Numbered from the stretch's first letter, positions 1 through 10,258 are shown. The stretch is 64,000 nucleotides of DNA from Thermoproteota archaeon (GCA_027491435.1 JAOZFG010000017.1:44466-108465); one strand, 5' to 3'. A program made the numbers and translations. Notes: generated by a model not told the origin, from the sequence alone.

Positions 1-222
1 CTCAGGGGGTATGTAGTACATGACCTCCCCATTCTCCAGGACTACTTTAGCTAGGGGGGTGTGCCTCCCCGGCTCATGTATGAACTCCTTGATGATTCCC
101 TTGATCGTGGAATTTATCCCTAGTTCAGCAGGGTATTTGGCTGGAGCGACCTTAAGGTGGGCCCTTGACCTAAACTGTATGCCGCCCCTTCCCTTCCTCT
201 GAACGAGGATCCGCTTCCCCAT
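1..222 (-). CDS. rpl2: 50S ribosomal protein L2 (uL2), N-terminal part; runs off window edge
   Basis: Manual translation from ATG at 222 gives MGKRILVQRKGRGGIQFRSRAHLKVAPAKYP..., the typical archaeal uL2 N-terminus; follows L23; SD GGGTGA. Not in ORF track. Confidence 0.95.
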   Translation of the reverse strand, partial: MGKRILVQRKGRGGIQFRSRAHLKVAPAKYPAELGINSTIKGIIKEFIHEPGRHTPLAKVVLENGEVMYYIPPE

Positions 223-231
223 TCAATCACC

Positions 232-507
232 CTACACGAGTATGCCCAGTTTAGGAGCCACGTCTGAGGCTTTATACTTTGGTTTGAGCTTAACGTAAGC
301 CTTCTTCCTTCCATCGGGAGTTATTAGAGTCCAGACCTTATCTACCTTGACCTCCAGTATCTCCTCCACCGCCCTCTTTATTTCCTGCTTGTTAGCCCTT
401 AGGTTAACGTAGAAGGTCAATTTATTCTCCTCATTTATCAATCTAACGGCCTTCTCGGTTGACACAGGACTTATTATAACATCATAAGGGTCAAACTTCT
501 TATACAA
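232..507 (-). CDS. rpl23: 50S ribosomal protein L23 (uL23)
   Basis: PVSTEKA...NKLTFYV...ANKQEIK...KKAYVKL motifs; L3-L4-L23-L2 order. Confidence 0.97.
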   Translation of the reverse strand: MYKKFDPYDVIISPVSTEKAVRLINEENKLTFYVNLRANKQEIKRAVEEILEVKVDKVWTLITPDGRKKAYVKLKPKYKASDVAPKLGILV

Positions 508-1291
508 GCTTAACCACCTCCATAAGCTTGGAAAGGGCCTCGTTAGACCAGACGGTAAGCCTGCCGGGTACTCCTCCGGGAGCCAAGTGCATTACGCTTA
601 GGTTTCTTAGGCTTACTACGTCGACGCCCGGGATGTTCCTGGCCGCTCTAGCTATGGGGGCTCCCTCATTCATGTAGACTATCAGGGGGCCCTTGGCCCT
701 CTGCCTTACTCTTCCCCTCATCTTGCCCCTACCAGCTCTTATCTTCCTGAACCTATACTTAGTTCTCTCCAGTTCATCCTGAAGGCCCAGCGAGATTAGT
801 AGGGAGTAAACTTCCTTAGTCTTCCTCAAACTCTCTAAATCGTCAATTACAACCAGGGGGAATTGATCTATTCCATCGACCCTGTGCCTAGCCCTCACCA
901 ATTCAGGCACTGAGGTGGCGGCTATAGCTGAAAGGAGAGCCAACCTCCTCTCCTTCCTGTTTACCCTCTCCCATATTGATCTGGGAGACCTTGGGGCCAT
1001 TACCCTAACTCCCCCAACGGCCATGGCTGCCCTGGCGGCATTCCCGGCCTTCGGATACCCCCTTCCCTTAACTCTAGGGACTCTTGCCACTCCATGGCCA
1101 GCCCCCCAGGATTCGGCCGAGGTCCTCAGGCCAGCTAGGGGATCCCTATACTTTTGCTGAATTCTAGCGGTCAACTGGGATAAGTATACCCTTCTGATCA
1201 CGTCGGGCCGTACTACGTAATCGAACACCTCTGGCAGGGTAACCTTACCTACTTCGTTACCGCTGAGATCGTAAAGCGGCACCTCTCTCAT
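500..1291 (-). CDS. rpl4: 50S ribosomal protein L4 (uL4)
   Basis: [41 protein letters not shown]; likely start ATG 1291 (MREVPLYD). Confidence 0.97.
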   Translation of the reverse strand: MREVPLYDLSGNEVGKVTLPEVFDYVVRPDVIRRVYLSQLTARIQQKYRDPLAGLRTSAESWGAGHGVARVPRVKGRGYPKAGNAARAAMAVGGVRVMAPRSPRSIWERVNRKERRLALLSAIAATSVPELVRARHRVDGIDQFPLVVIDDLESLRKTKEVYSLLISLGLQDELERTKYRFRKIRAGRGKMRGRVRQRAKGPLIVYMNEGAPIARAARNIPGVDVVSLRNLSVMHLAPGGVPGRLTVWSNEALSKLMEVVKLV

Positions 1292-1305
1292 TTTGATCAA
1301 CCCCT

Positions 1306-2331
1306 TCACTTCTTCAGCCAGCCCACCGAGCTTATATAGGTTATCTCCGGAGCTGGCAGTTCATCGTAAGTGGGCCTTATCGGATCCCTCATCATGACGA
1401 ACCTCTTGGCCGGCCCTGGAATTGAGCCGGAGAGCAACACGTAGTGCGTTCTAAGCACGCCGTAGTTCTTGAAACCTCCCTTGGGAGTTACGTCAATCGA
1501 GTCCTCCTTTGTGGGGTCTGCTATAAGCAATATCCTCTTGTTATACTCCGTCCTCTTGTGGTATCCAGTCTGCCCGGCCCTAGGAACCCTCCAAGTAACG
1601 TAGGGCGGATGCCTGGAGCCTAAGCTGCCGACCCTCCACCTGCCCTTCCCGGCTTTGTGTCTCAGCAGTTCCACGCCAAACCTCCTGACAACTCCCTGCC
1701 ATCCGTGTCCCTTGGTAACCGCTGTCACGTCAACTAACTGACCTGTCTTAAACACGTCGAAGATGCTGACCTGTTTTCCTACGAGGGACTTGACATATGC
1801 AAACCTCTCGGCCATATCAGCTCCTTTTACAGGTATTTCAAGGAATTCGGGCTTTTTCTTATGGATTCCTGCCAGATCTGGCCGTGTATAGGCTAAAATT
1901 CTAATCTCCTCCACTTCAGACAAGTTGTCCTCTATCTTGGGAAGGGCCTTATCTAAGTTGTCTATGCTGTTCTTTTTACCCATGGTCAGCCTTATCCTAG
2001 GAATTACTTTATTTTTCTCTTCTTTAACTATTCTGAGGGCGGTGGTTATAGGTTTAAGTCCATAAGGCGTCCCTCTATAAGCCCTAACGCCCACTACATT
2101 TATTGGAGGTGATTCAACCACCGTCGAAGCTAGAGTTATGTACTGCCCCTGAAGCAGCTTGCCCGGCCTGTCCTCCTTCATGTAAACGTGAACCATACCT
2201 ACCTTGTAACCTGGGAAGGCCACTAGCTTGGGATTTTCTATCTCCAGTTCAGGGTAGGACCTGAAGGTTGCCTTCTGGGTCCTAGCTCTTTTCCTAGGCC
2301 TGAACTGAAGAGAACCGTGTCTCCTAGGCAT
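1306..2331 (-). CDS. rpl3: 50S ribosomal protein L3 (uL3)
   Basis: PRRHGSLQFRPRKRA, GYKVGM, TKGHGWQGVVRRFG, RAGQTGYHKRTEYNK. Confidence 0.98.
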   Translation of the reverse strand: MPRRHGSLQFRPRKRARTQKATFRSYPELEIENPKLVAFPGYKVGMVHVYMKEDRPGKLLQGQYITLASTVVESPPINVVGVRAYRGTPYGLKPITTALRIVKEEKNKVIPRIRLTMGKKNSIDNLDKALPKIEDNLSEVEEIRILAYTRPDLAGIHKKKPEFLEIPVKGADMAERFAYVKSLVGKQVSIFDVFKTGQLVDVTAVTKGHGWQGVVRRFGVELLRHKAGKGRWRVGSLGSRHPPYVTWRVPRAGQTGYHKRTEYNKRILLIADPTKEDSIDVTPKGGFKNYGVLRTHYVLLSGSIPGPAKRFVMMRDPIRPTYDELPAPEITYISSVGWLKK

Positions 2332-2414
2332 TTCACTTACACCCTGTCAATCCATACCAAGGTTTGATTTAGGTATATTAAATTTGACGGTCCTCGGGCC
2401 GGGCTTGAAATCAC

Positions 2415-3074
2415 TCACTTAAGCACCTTGCCCGTCTCCATGTACCAGAGGTAGAGATCTAGCTCCCCTAAGGGGACGCCTACCTCCTCAGCCACCTTCT
2501 TTAGGATGCCCTCTAACTCTAGGTACCTTCGTTTGGTTAGGGTCTTTGGCTTCTTTATTATCCCATACCTTTCGAGTAAGTCAAGTATGTGGTAATCGAT
2601 TATGGCCACGTTCTCAAACCCCACGTTTCTAAGAAAGTGGCTCGCCTCTTTGTAGCCTAGGCCCTTAACGTTCTTAGCCAACCAATCCCTCAGGTTATTC
2701 ACGTCTTTATAGGAGCTCAGTATTCTCTTAAGGTTGCCGAGCAATCTCCTAGCTTCGACTATATACTGAGCTCTAGCCTTAGGGTACCTGTGACCCATCT
2801 CCCTGAGCTTCTCCTCCAATTCCTCTTGGTTTAAGTATATAAATCCATTTCCCAATTTCTCTTGAATTCTTATTCCTCCCATGGCACTATAGTTAGCGGT
2901 TAATAGACAGAAGCAGAGTTCTTGAAATATTCTCTCCTCAGTACTCTGGCCGATCCTCTTGAACTCCCTCATCCTCTCCTTAACGGCCCTCTTTACCTTC
3001 TCATCGTTCATTACCCTCCTAAGGTCCTCTATTAACTTACTCAGGTTGTTTAGGTTGACCTCCATGGGCATCAC
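2415..3074 (-). CDS. ogg: 8-oxoguanine DNA glycosylase/AP lyase (Ogg2, MJ0724 type)
   Basis: FQELCFCLLTAN, KGLGYKEASHFLRNVG, AIIDYHIL, LDLYLWYMETGKVLK C-terminus. Confidence 0.95.
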   Translation of the reverse strand: MMPMEVNLNNLSKLIEDLRRVMNDEKVKRAVKERMREFKRIGQSTEERIFQELCFCLLTANYSAMGGIRIQEKLGNGFIYLNQEELEEKLREMGHRYPKARAQYIVEARRLLGNLKRILSSYKDVNNLRDWLAKNVKGLGYKEASHFLRNVGFENVAIIDYHILDLLERYGIIKKPKTLTKRRYLELEGILKKVAEEVGVPLGELDLYLWYMETGKVLK

Positions 3075-3485
3075 TTAAAGATCCACTATAACTGTTGCCC
3101 TCCAGAGGCCATCCTCTTTCTTAACTGAGAACCTGTGATAGGTTATCGCCTTGATCTCGGTCTTGGGATCGTGTTTCTCCGGATTTATTTCCTCACCCTT
3201 GCACACGGCTTCGAGCCTGTTATCCTCTATCTTAACGTCAAACTGAGAGAATACTAGGCCCTCAACGTCTGTTATAAACAGGAGTTCTGAAAGCCATGAG
3301 TGCAATAACATGCTCAGGTCAGGGGCCTCTAGCCTTATCTCCCTGGAAACGATCGGCTCTACCTTACTCACGTCCACCATTATGTGGTAAAGGGCTAGCG
3401 CAGCTTCTTTGAACAACCCTTCGAGCGTCTCAGACCAGACCTCGAAGCCTATGTCTGCCTCAACTTCGATGAGCCTCCTGCCCAT
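3075..3485 (-). CDS. Archease (RtcB cofactor)
   Basis: ADIGFEV..TLEGLF.EAA, EIKAITYH, C-terminal VDL. Confidence 0.93.
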   Translation of the reverse strand: MGRRLIEVEADIGFEVWSETLEGLFKEAALALYHIMVDVSKVEPIVSREIRLEAPDLSMLLHSWLSELLFITDVEGLVFSQFDVKIEDNRLEAVCKGEEINPEKHDPKTEIKAITYHRFSVKKEDGLWRATVIVDL

Positions 3486-4349
3486 TCAGCCACCCTTAAC
3501 AATAACGTACGCGCGATCATTAATCCTTATAGTCTTCTCCTTGAACTTAGCAGGCCTTTTATCGAATATGTCGTATCCTCTCTTTGCCCTAACCACGTTA
3601 AGGAGGTTTCCTACTGGGGATGAATCAACCTCGTCCAGGTTTATCTCCTGAGACAGTAAGATTACCCTGTAATTCTTGAAGTACACGCTGAATTTAGTGC
3701 CGTTGATGGCTACCTTAGAGGAGCTTCCATCTTCTACCTTGACACCGTTTATGACTAAGGAGCCTTCCTTAACGGACATGTTAACTCCCTTCAGCAGAAC
3801 GGCTATCGCGTTATCATCTTTAACGTCGTATACGCTGGAATTCGCTTGTATGGATAGAGAGCCCCCTTTAATCAACAAAAATACGTCCCTCATTAGGTAT
3901 TTCCCTTCATCAACTCCACATAACCCTAAATAGGCCGCCTCTACCTTGGAGTTAGAGAGGGTCAGGTTAACGCAGTTGTACCCGCTAAGCCCGGTTAGAT
4001 TGGGAGGGGCTAACGTCCCGTTCCTGAACTCTAGATTATAGATTCCTGAGTTATTATGGGCCTTGACAAAAAGGATTGTAGGTCCTCCCCCCAACAGATT
4101 CAGTGAAATTATCCAGAACATTAACAGGGCTAAGAAAGATGAGCCGGCTCCCTCCCTGTAGATCTTCGTCAGCCCCATGTCCCCTAGCTTCGATCCCCAA
4201 GCCTTCAAACTCATTGGAACGGACAAAAAGAACGCTAACACGTAAAGGCTGAGTCCCTCAGCTGGACTTAGATTAAGAATTCCGCTTACCATGCCCACAA
4301 TAATCGCTAAGGCTATTTTTAGTGAGAACACCTTATTCTTCGGGTCCAT
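3486..4349 (-). CDS. Membrane protein: N-terminal 3-TM EMC6/Rab5IP-like module plus ~200-aa beta-rich extracellular domain
   Basis: Three hydrophobic segments with pattern GMVSGILNL..EGLSLY ... GSSFLALLMFWIISLNL; C-terminal domain has about seven N-x-S/T sequons. Confidence 0.55.
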   Translation of the reverse strand: MDPKNKVFSLKIALAIIVGMVSGILNLSPAEGLSLYVLAFFLSVPMSLKAWGSKLGDMGLTKIYREGAGSSFLALLMFWIISLNLLGGGPTILFVKAHNNSGIYNLEFRNGTLAPPNLTGLSGYNCVNLTLSNSKVEAAYLGLCGVDEGKYLMRDVFLLIKGGSLSIQANSSVYDVKDDNAIAVLLKGVNMSVKEGSLVINGVKVEDGSSSKVAINGTKFSVYFKNYRVILLSQEINLDEVDSSPVGNLLNVVRAKRGYDIFDKRPAKFKEKTIRINDRAYVIVKGG

Positions 4350-4401
4350 CGGGTTGAATGATAGCTTCTATTTAAAAAGGGGACCCTCTTTTACCGGGAC
4401 C

Positions 4402-6294
4402 ATGAGGCGGCTGACTGGCTTGGACTTACGTCACCTCGTCAGGGAACTGGTCGGTCTCCAGGGTAATATTGTTAAGAAGATTTACTCTAGTGGCGATAAG
4501 TTATTAGGTATTTCAATCTATCCAGGAGTTACAGGGAAGAGAGACCTCATAATAGACCTCAGGGGGTACTCCTTCCTGAGCGATAGAAAGTGGAGCTGGC
4601 CGCAGGTCCCTCCTGCCATAGCCATGGGGCTTAGGAAGCACTTAGTTGGTAGGAGGATAGCGTCAATAAGGCAACCCAGGATGGAGAGAATACTTGAATT
4701 TGAATTCGGATCCAATATTAAGTTAATAGTTGAGTTGTTTGGCGGGGGAAATATCATACTTGTAAAGGATGGAAGCATAAAGTTGATAAAGGAGAGGGCC
4801 TCTTTCTCCGAAAGGGTTCTTAGGGAGGGCGTCGAGTACACCTATCCACCGTCACGATCGATTGATATTAGAGGCCCGGACGATGTGTTAGACGCTTTGA
4901 AGGAGTTTCGGGGAGAGGTGTGGAGGGCTTTAACTAACTTGTTCGGCATAGGTCCCCCTTACATAGACGAGGTATGCTCATACCTGAGAGTAGACCCCAG
5001 GAGTCCTCTAAGCGAAGTTAACTTGGAGGAGTTGGCCCATCAGGTTTACTCTTTAATTTCAGCTGAGTCCAGGCCCACAATTTACCTGAAAGGCGGTAAA
5101 GTCGTCAACTTCTCAGTAGTTCCCTTAAGCACGCTAGAAGGGTTTGAAGTTAAGGCCGTCCCTACACTTTCAGAGGCCGTAGAGATGTACTACCTAGATA
5201 ACGCTATTACCCAGATTGAAGATAGGCGTGTGGAATCTTTAAGACACGAGATAGAGAGACAGAGATCGCTGAAGGAGGGCTACTTGAGGAAAGCTGAGGA
5301 GCTTAGGAGAAAAGGGGATCTAATCTATCAGAACATCTATTACCTAAAAGGGGTTCTAGAGGATGTGAGGAAGGGGTTAGCCCCTAAGGGAGTCGTCTCC
5401 CTGAATAAAAAGGAGCACAGAGTGGTAGTCAGCGTGAATGGTGTGAACGTTGAGATGGACTTCCTGAAGAGCCCGCAGGAAAACGCCGCTGATTACTACA
5501 ACAAAGCCAAAAAGCTAGAGGAGAAAGCCTCCAAGATAGATGGAGTGGTTGAGTCCTTAAGTAAGAGAATGGAAGAGCTTGCCAGGGAAGTTGAGGAGAG
5601 AGCTGAGGCTTATAGACCTAAGAAGAGGAGGAAGAAGAGGTGGTTTGAGAGGTTCAGATGGTTCTACACAAGCTCGGGAAAGCTGGTTCTCATAGGCAGG
5701 GATCAACAGACTAACAGTGAGCTAGTATCCAGATACTTAGAGGATGAAGATCTTTTCTTTCACGTTGACATGCCTGGCGGGGCTGTGGTCATACTAAAGT
5801 CCTCGGGCGAACCTGATGAAGACTCCATAGAGCAAGCAGCCGCTGCTGCAGGAGTTTACTCAAGGGCTTGGCGAGAGGGCCTCTCCGTCGCCGACGTTTA
5901 CTATGTTACAGGTAAGCAGGTCTCCAGACACGCTCCTTCCGGCCTTTACGTGCCCAAAGGAAGCTTCTACATATCAGGAAGGAGGAATTACGTTAGAGTA
6001 AAGTTAGTCATATGCGTCGGCTTTCAAGAGGTTGAAGGGGAACTTAGGGTGACAGCCGCCCCGCCAGGAGTTCCTCTGGTAGGCAAAATATGTCTAGCAC
6101 CGGGCTTTATCAGTAAGGAGGAGATCTCAAAATTTTTAGTAAAACTCCTTAATGAAAAACTCGGACGTGTGATGCATGGGTCAGCCACTGATAAGTCTAA
6201 AAGGGAGACCCAACAGATTAATGATGGGATCATAGTAACAGTAGATGATGTGATGAGGATCCTTCCATCAGGTAGATTCAAGGTCTTGGAGTGA
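4402..6294 (+). CDS. rqcH: Rqc2/RqcH (NFACT family) ribosome quality control protein
   Basis: Start ATG 4402 (MRRLTGLDL); QPRMERI, IVELFGGGNIILV, ENAADYY.KAKK, WFERFRWF.TS.G.LV..GRD, FFHVDMPGG, PKGSFYI.G.RNY. Confidence 0.93.
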   Translation: MRRLTGLDLRHLVRELVGLQGNIVKKIYSSGDKLLGISIYPGVTGKRDLIIDLRGYSFLSDRKWSWPQVPPAIAMGLRKHLVGRRIASIRQPRMERILEFEFGSNIKLIVELFGGGNIILVKDGSIKLIKERASFSERVLREGVEYTYPPSRSIDIRGPDDVLDALKEFRGEVWRALTNLFGIGPPYIDEVCSYLRVDPRSPLSEVNLEELAHQVYSLISAESRPTIYLKGGKVVNFSVVPLSTLEGFEVKAVPTLSEAVEMYYLDNAITQIEDRRVESLRHEIERQRSLKEGYLRKAEELRRKGDLIYQNIYYLKGVLEDVRKGLAPKGVVSLNKKEHRVVVSVNGVNVEMDFLKSPQENAADYYNKAKKLEEKASKIDGVVESLSKRMEELAREVEERAEAYRPKKRRKKRWFERFRWFYTSSGKLVLIGRDQQTNSELVSRYLEDEDLFFHVDMPGGAVVILKSSGEPDEDSIEQAAAAAGVYSRAWREGLSVADVYYVTGKQVSRHAPSGLYVPKGSFYISGRRNYVRVKLVICVGFQEVEGELRVTAAPPGVPLVGKICLAPGFISKEEISKFLVKLLNEKLGRVMHGSATDKSKRETQQINDGIIVTVDDVMRILPSGRFKVLE

Positions 6295-6300
6295 TAAAAT

Positions 6301-6792
6301 ATGTGGGCCCTGATACCCCCTGATGAGGATGAGGAGGCGAGGGTTAGGCTTACAGTATCAGATATAATGAACAGGAACATAGTTTACGTGGAGCCAGAGG
6401 ACAGCGTGTACAAAGCTGCAAAGCTAATGAAGGAGCATGGCATCGGTTCCGTTGTGGTCCTCAAGAGCGGAGAGTTAAAGGGATTAGTCACTGAGAGGGA
6501 CCTCATAACAAGGTACATAGCTAAGGGCGATGGGAGGAGGCCTGAAGACGTTAAGGTAAGTGAGGTCATGACGTCTAACCCGGTAGTAGTTAAGGAAAAC
6601 ACGGAGGTGGACGAAGCCGCCAGGCTTATGGTGGAGAAGAATATAAGGCGTCTCCTCGTGGTTAACTCATCTGGAAAGCTTGTAGGAATAGTATCAAGTC
6701 GGGACATAATCAGAATAGCTCCTCACATATGGTTTATCCTATCGGAGAAGCTTAGGATGGCCAGGTCCAAGAGGGGGTGGAGCCTTATCTAA
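6301..6792 (+). CDS. CBS-domain protein (one CBS pair)
   Basis: VSDIM...GSVVV...GLVTERD; EVMT.NP...IRRLLVV...GIVSSRDI. Confidence 0.92.
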   Translation: MWALIPPDEDEEARVRLTVSDIMNRNIVYVEPEDSVYKAAKLMKEHGIGSVVVLKSGELKGLVTERDLITRYIAKGDGRRPEDVKVSEVMTSNPVVVKENTEVDEAARLMVEKNIRRLLVVNSSGKLVGIVSSRDIIRIAPHIWFILSEKLRMARSKRGWSLI

Positions 6793-6808
6793 CCCCCACG
6801 ATCCCCCT

Positions 6809-7654
6809 GTGGAGGGTGGTGTCTTGAGGAAGGTTAGGGATTACATGAGTAGGAATGTCGTTTTTGTCAGGCCTACAGACACCTTGGGAAAGGCCAGGAA
6901 TTTAATGTTAGAAAACAGGATAAGGCGTCTCGTGGTGGTCGATAACGGGAAGGTTGTGGGGATAATCACTGCCTTTGACATAGCTAAAGCCCTCTCTAGG
7001 AGGGGAGCCCCCTGGAGGTGGAGGAACCCAGAGAGCTCCCTGGTGGAGAGGTTTATGGCCCCAAACCCCGTGACGATAGAGCCTGAGTCCAGCGTGTTCT
7101 CTGCTGCCGAGCTAATGCATGAACGCAGAGTAGGAGGACTACCTGTTGTGGATAACGGCACCCTGGAGGGCATTATAACTGAGACCGACGTGACTCGGTT
7201 CTACGCTGAAAACTTGCACGGCAGGTTTAGGGTTAGGGAGCTCATGGACGAGGACTACGTTACGGTCACGCCCAACGCTAACCTGAAAAGGGTAGCTAAG
7301 CTGATAACCAAGGACAGGAAAGGTCATGTCTTGGTGGTAGACAGCTCAGGAAGGCTTCTGGGAATAGTGACTGAGGGAGATCTAGCGTTGTGGGAACCTT
7401 CGCTAGCTAGGAAGTACGTGCTTATCCCCTCCAAGACTGGAAGGATGTCCAAGGACTTGAGGGCAAAGACGGTGGAGCAGATAATGAGAAGGGTTGACGT
7501 GACTCTATCCACGGAAGATGACGCCAGTAAGGCGGCTAGAATGCTCATAGAGTGGGGATTAAACGTCTTTCCAGTTGTAAACAGTTCTGGGAAGATAGTG
7601 GGCGTTATAGATAAGAAGACTATAGTGAGGGGTGTCGTGAATGCGTCTAACTGA
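6809..7654 (+). CDS. CBS-domain protein (four CBS domains)
   Basis: Repeated GIIT.D motifs (GIITAFD, GIITETD, GIVTEGD). Confidence 0.92.
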   Translation: MEGGVLRKVRDYMSRNVVFVRPTDTLGKARNLMLENRIRRLVVVDNGKVVGIITAFDIAKALSRRGAPWRWRNPESSLVERFMAPNPVTIEPESSVFSAAELMHERRVGGLPVVDNGTLEGIITETDVTRFYAENLHGRFRVRELMDEDYVTVTPNANLKRVAKLITKDRKGHVLVVDSSGRLLGIVTEGDLALWEPSLARKYVLIPSKTGRMSKDLRAKTVEQIMRRVDVTLSTEDDASKAARMLIEWGLNVFPVVNSSGKIVGVIDKKTIVRGVVNASN

Positions 7655-8432
7655 TCCCGTATCATCTGTGATGAGGAGCCCTGTTATAACCATTGATAAG
7701 GGATCTGAGGTGGGAGAGGCCCTAGAGCTCATGGAGAGAGAGGGGATAAATCACCTGGTGGTAACCTCAGGCGACAGGGTAGTGGGGGTCGTAAGCGTTA
7801 GGGATATAATGGAGGGCCTTGGATCTTCCAGATTTGGCAAGATACCGGCTAGAAGGATTTACGTGAGCTCCGTGATGACTGAACCGCCGATCACTATAGA
7901 GGTGAACAACAGCATAAGGGAGGCGATAGAGACCATGTTAAGCAAGGGTATTAGCTCCCTACCAGTGATAGATGACGGTCAGCTGGCAGGCATAGTCACC
8001 GAAACTGACCTGATAAGGTACATGGACAGGGATGATGATATATCAGGCCTTGTAAAGGCAGACCATCCTAAGGTGATGCCCACTGACAGGATAGTGCATG
8101 CCAGAAACATAATGTTGGAGAGGGGTGCTAGAATCCTGCCAGTGGTTGATCAGGGTAAACTGGTGGGGCTTGTGACTGAAATTTCATTAGCCAAGGCGTT
8201 TTATGATATAAGAGAGGAGATAGACCCAACTTATATGGATAACGTGGCCAGAAGGGTTCTTGTCGAGGACATAATGGTTGAGGCTCCTAAGAAGGCTGTA
8301 AAGGGACAAAGGCTTAAGGCTGTGAGGGACCTGTTCGTGAAAACGGGACTTCCAGCTATACCAGTGGTCGGCGAAGACAACTCGGTGGTTGGGGTGATAA
8401 GCAGGAAGAGCCTCCTCAGGCTCCTGTTATAG
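7641..8432 (+). CDS. CBS-domain protein (four CBS domains)
   Basis: GVVSVRD, SSLPVID..GIVTETD, GLVTE, PVV..GVIS motifs. Confidence 0.92.
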   Translation: MRLTDPVSSVMRSPVITIDKGSEVGEALELMEREGINHLVVTSGDRVVGVVSVRDIMEGLGSSRFGKIPARRIYVSSVMTEPPITIEVNNSIREAIETMLSKGISSLPVIDDGQLAGIVTETDLIRYMDRDDDISGLVKADHPKVMPTDRIVHARNIMLERGARILPVVDQGKLVGLVTEISLAKAFYDIREEIDPTYMDNVARRVLVEDIMVEAPKKAVKGQRLKAVRDLFVKTGLPAIPVVGEDNSVVGVISRKSLLRLLL

Positions 8433-9255
8433 GGTCCAGCAGCATGCCCAGAAGGCCTAAGAACATCGCCAATTTCAGCATAGAGCTCACATTCCTCGCA
8501 TTTTCTACCCTCAGCTCCGCCCCCTTAATTGCGACTTTTATCAGAATAAGTGAGGAGAGTACCACAGAGAGTATTGCGTAAGTCATGCCGACCATGCCCA
8601 TTGCCAGGGGGATTGCTGATAGAAATGCTGAAGCTACCGCCAGCAGGGCCACAACCCGCCCTGACCTCTTAAAGCCGTACCTTACTGCGAAGGTCTTAAG
8701 GCCATAGGCCTTATCTCCCTCTATATCTTCTACAGTTTTCACTATCTCTCTGGCCAAGTTTGAAGTGAAGGCCACCGAGGAGAAGAGGACTACCTTGAGG
8801 TTTAACTCTCCAGCGGCCAAGGAGCCGAATATTAAGGTGAAGGCTACTCCCAAGCTCACCAGCACGTTACCAGGCAATCCGGTTCCCTTCAGCTTCCAGG
8901 CGTAAATGTACCAGGCTATTGAGAAGAGCGCCGCTATGACCACCTCCTCCAGGCCAAGAGTAACAGAGGTTAATACTCCTGCGATAGAGAATATCACGTA
9001 TACTAGCTTAGCTTCCTCTAAGGACATTTGCCCTGAGGGTATTGGCCTGTCCGGTTTGTTAATTTTATCTATGGGAGCGTCGAAGTAGTCGTTTATCGCG
9101 TTGCCTCCCATCAGCACAAGGGGAGGAACCGCTGCAGCTAATAAGAGGCGCCAGTTTAATTCTGTAGTTACAGCAAGCCAACCAACAATTACGCCTATAG
9201 CAGACATTATAGCGTTCTTAGGCCTTAAGAGTCTCAGCAAACCCTTCAGAGTCAT
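8416..9255 (-). CDS. Digeranylgeranylglyceryl phosphate synthase (UbiA family)
   Basis: LLRPKN, GNAINDYFD..IDKINKPDRPIPSG, AREIVKTVEDIEGD; multi-TM. Confidence 0.92.
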   Translation of the reverse strand: MTLKGLLRLLRPKNAIMSAIGVIVGWLAVTTELNWRLLLAAAVPPLVLMGGNAINDYFDAPIDKINKPDRPIPSGQMSLEEAKLVYVIFSIAGVLTSVTLGLEEVVIAALFSIAWYIYAWKLKGTGLPGNVLVSLGVAFTLIFGSLAAGELNLKVVLFSSVAFTSNLAREIVKTVEDIEGDKAYGLKTFAVRYGFKRSGRVVALLAVASAFLSAIPLAMGMVGMTYAILSVVLSSLILIKVAIKGAELRVENARNVSSMLKLAMFLGLLGMLLDPITGA

Positions 9256-9316
9256 TTTCCAATAGAACGTTGAGAACTTATTTTTATAATAACCATTAGT
9301 TTCGAGGTGTCCTCAG

Positions 9317-10258
9317 TTGGTAGTCAGGGTAGGAGTTATAGGTTGTGGTTGGTTCGGGTCAGCGCACGCTAGGGTCTACAGGCAGATAGGCGAAGCTGAA
9401 CTAGTAGCCGTAATGGATAAGGATCCTGTAGCCGCTAGGAGGTTGGGTGAGCTTTACCACATAAATTATTACACGTCCATAGAGGAGATGTTCCGTAAGG
9501 AGGAGCTAGACGCTGTTAGCGTGGTGGTTACTCCACAGAAACTGTTCGAAACTTCTATGAAGGTTATAGAGCATGGAGCCTCTCTGCTAGTTGAGAAGCC
9601 GGTAGTCGTCAGCAGGGATGAGCTATCTAAGTTCGTGAACGCTGTGAAGAGGAGTGACGTGATATTCATGCCGGGCTTTATTGAACTCTTTAACCTAGCG
9701 GTTGTTAAGGCTAAGGAGCTGATGGATAGGGGTGAGATTGGCGAGATACTGGCCTTGTGGTCCAGGAGGGTAGGGAGAACTCCTAAGAAAAAGCTAGGAT
9801 GGAAGATAGGCGTCTCTCTTGACTTAGCGGTGCATGAAGTCTACGTTTACAACAGATTAATGGGGGGTAGGCCGAACCACATCGCCTCCTTCACCGCCAA
9901 GGTGTTAAACGAGGGAGGTGAGGGCGAAGACTTGGCCATCTTCATAATGGAATACGGAAGAGTTGTGGGCAGCATAGAGACCAACTGGTTAACCCCCGTG
10001 GGCATAAGAGAGCTCCTAATATCTGGAGAGACAGGTACCTTGATAGTTAACTACGTGAATCAGGCTGTTGAGGTGAACAAGGGTGACGTAAGCGTGATCC
10101 CTAAGTACAGGAAAAAGGAGACTCTCTTGAGCGAATTAGAGTATTTCGTGACTCACGTTAAGATGGGTGAGAGACCAGATATAGGCATAGAGATGACTAA
10201 GGAGGTTTTAGGAACGTTATTTGACGGATTGGAGAGCAGCATACCGCTGGGGAAATAA
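9317..10258 (+). CDS. Gfo/Idh/MocA family oxidoreductase
   Basis: GVIGCGWFG, LVEKP, DLAVHE motifs. Confidence 0.92.
   Translation: MVVRVGVIGCGWFGSAHARVYRQIGEAELVAVMDKDPVAARRLGELYHINYYTSIEEMFRKEELDAVSVVVTPQKLFETSMKVIEHGASLLVEKPVVVSRDELSKFVNAVKRSDVIFMPGFIELFNLAVVKAKELMDRGEIGEILALWSRRVGRTPKKKLGWKIGVSLDLAVHEVYVYNRLMGGRPNHIASFTAKVLNEGGEGEDLAIFIMEYGRVVGSIETNWLTPVGIRELLISGETGTLIVNYVNQAVEVNKGDVSVIPKYRKKETLLSELEYFVTHVKMGERPDIGIEMTKEVLGTLFDGLESSIPLGK

Noticed and set aside
4291-4401. N-terminal extension of RqcH overlapping the membrane-protein gene
   Set aside because: Family N-terminus and TATA position support ATG 4402.
6250-6294. GTGATGA...GTGA C/D-like pattern at the end of rqcH
   Set aside because: Inside coding sequence, D box not CTGA, no terminal stem.
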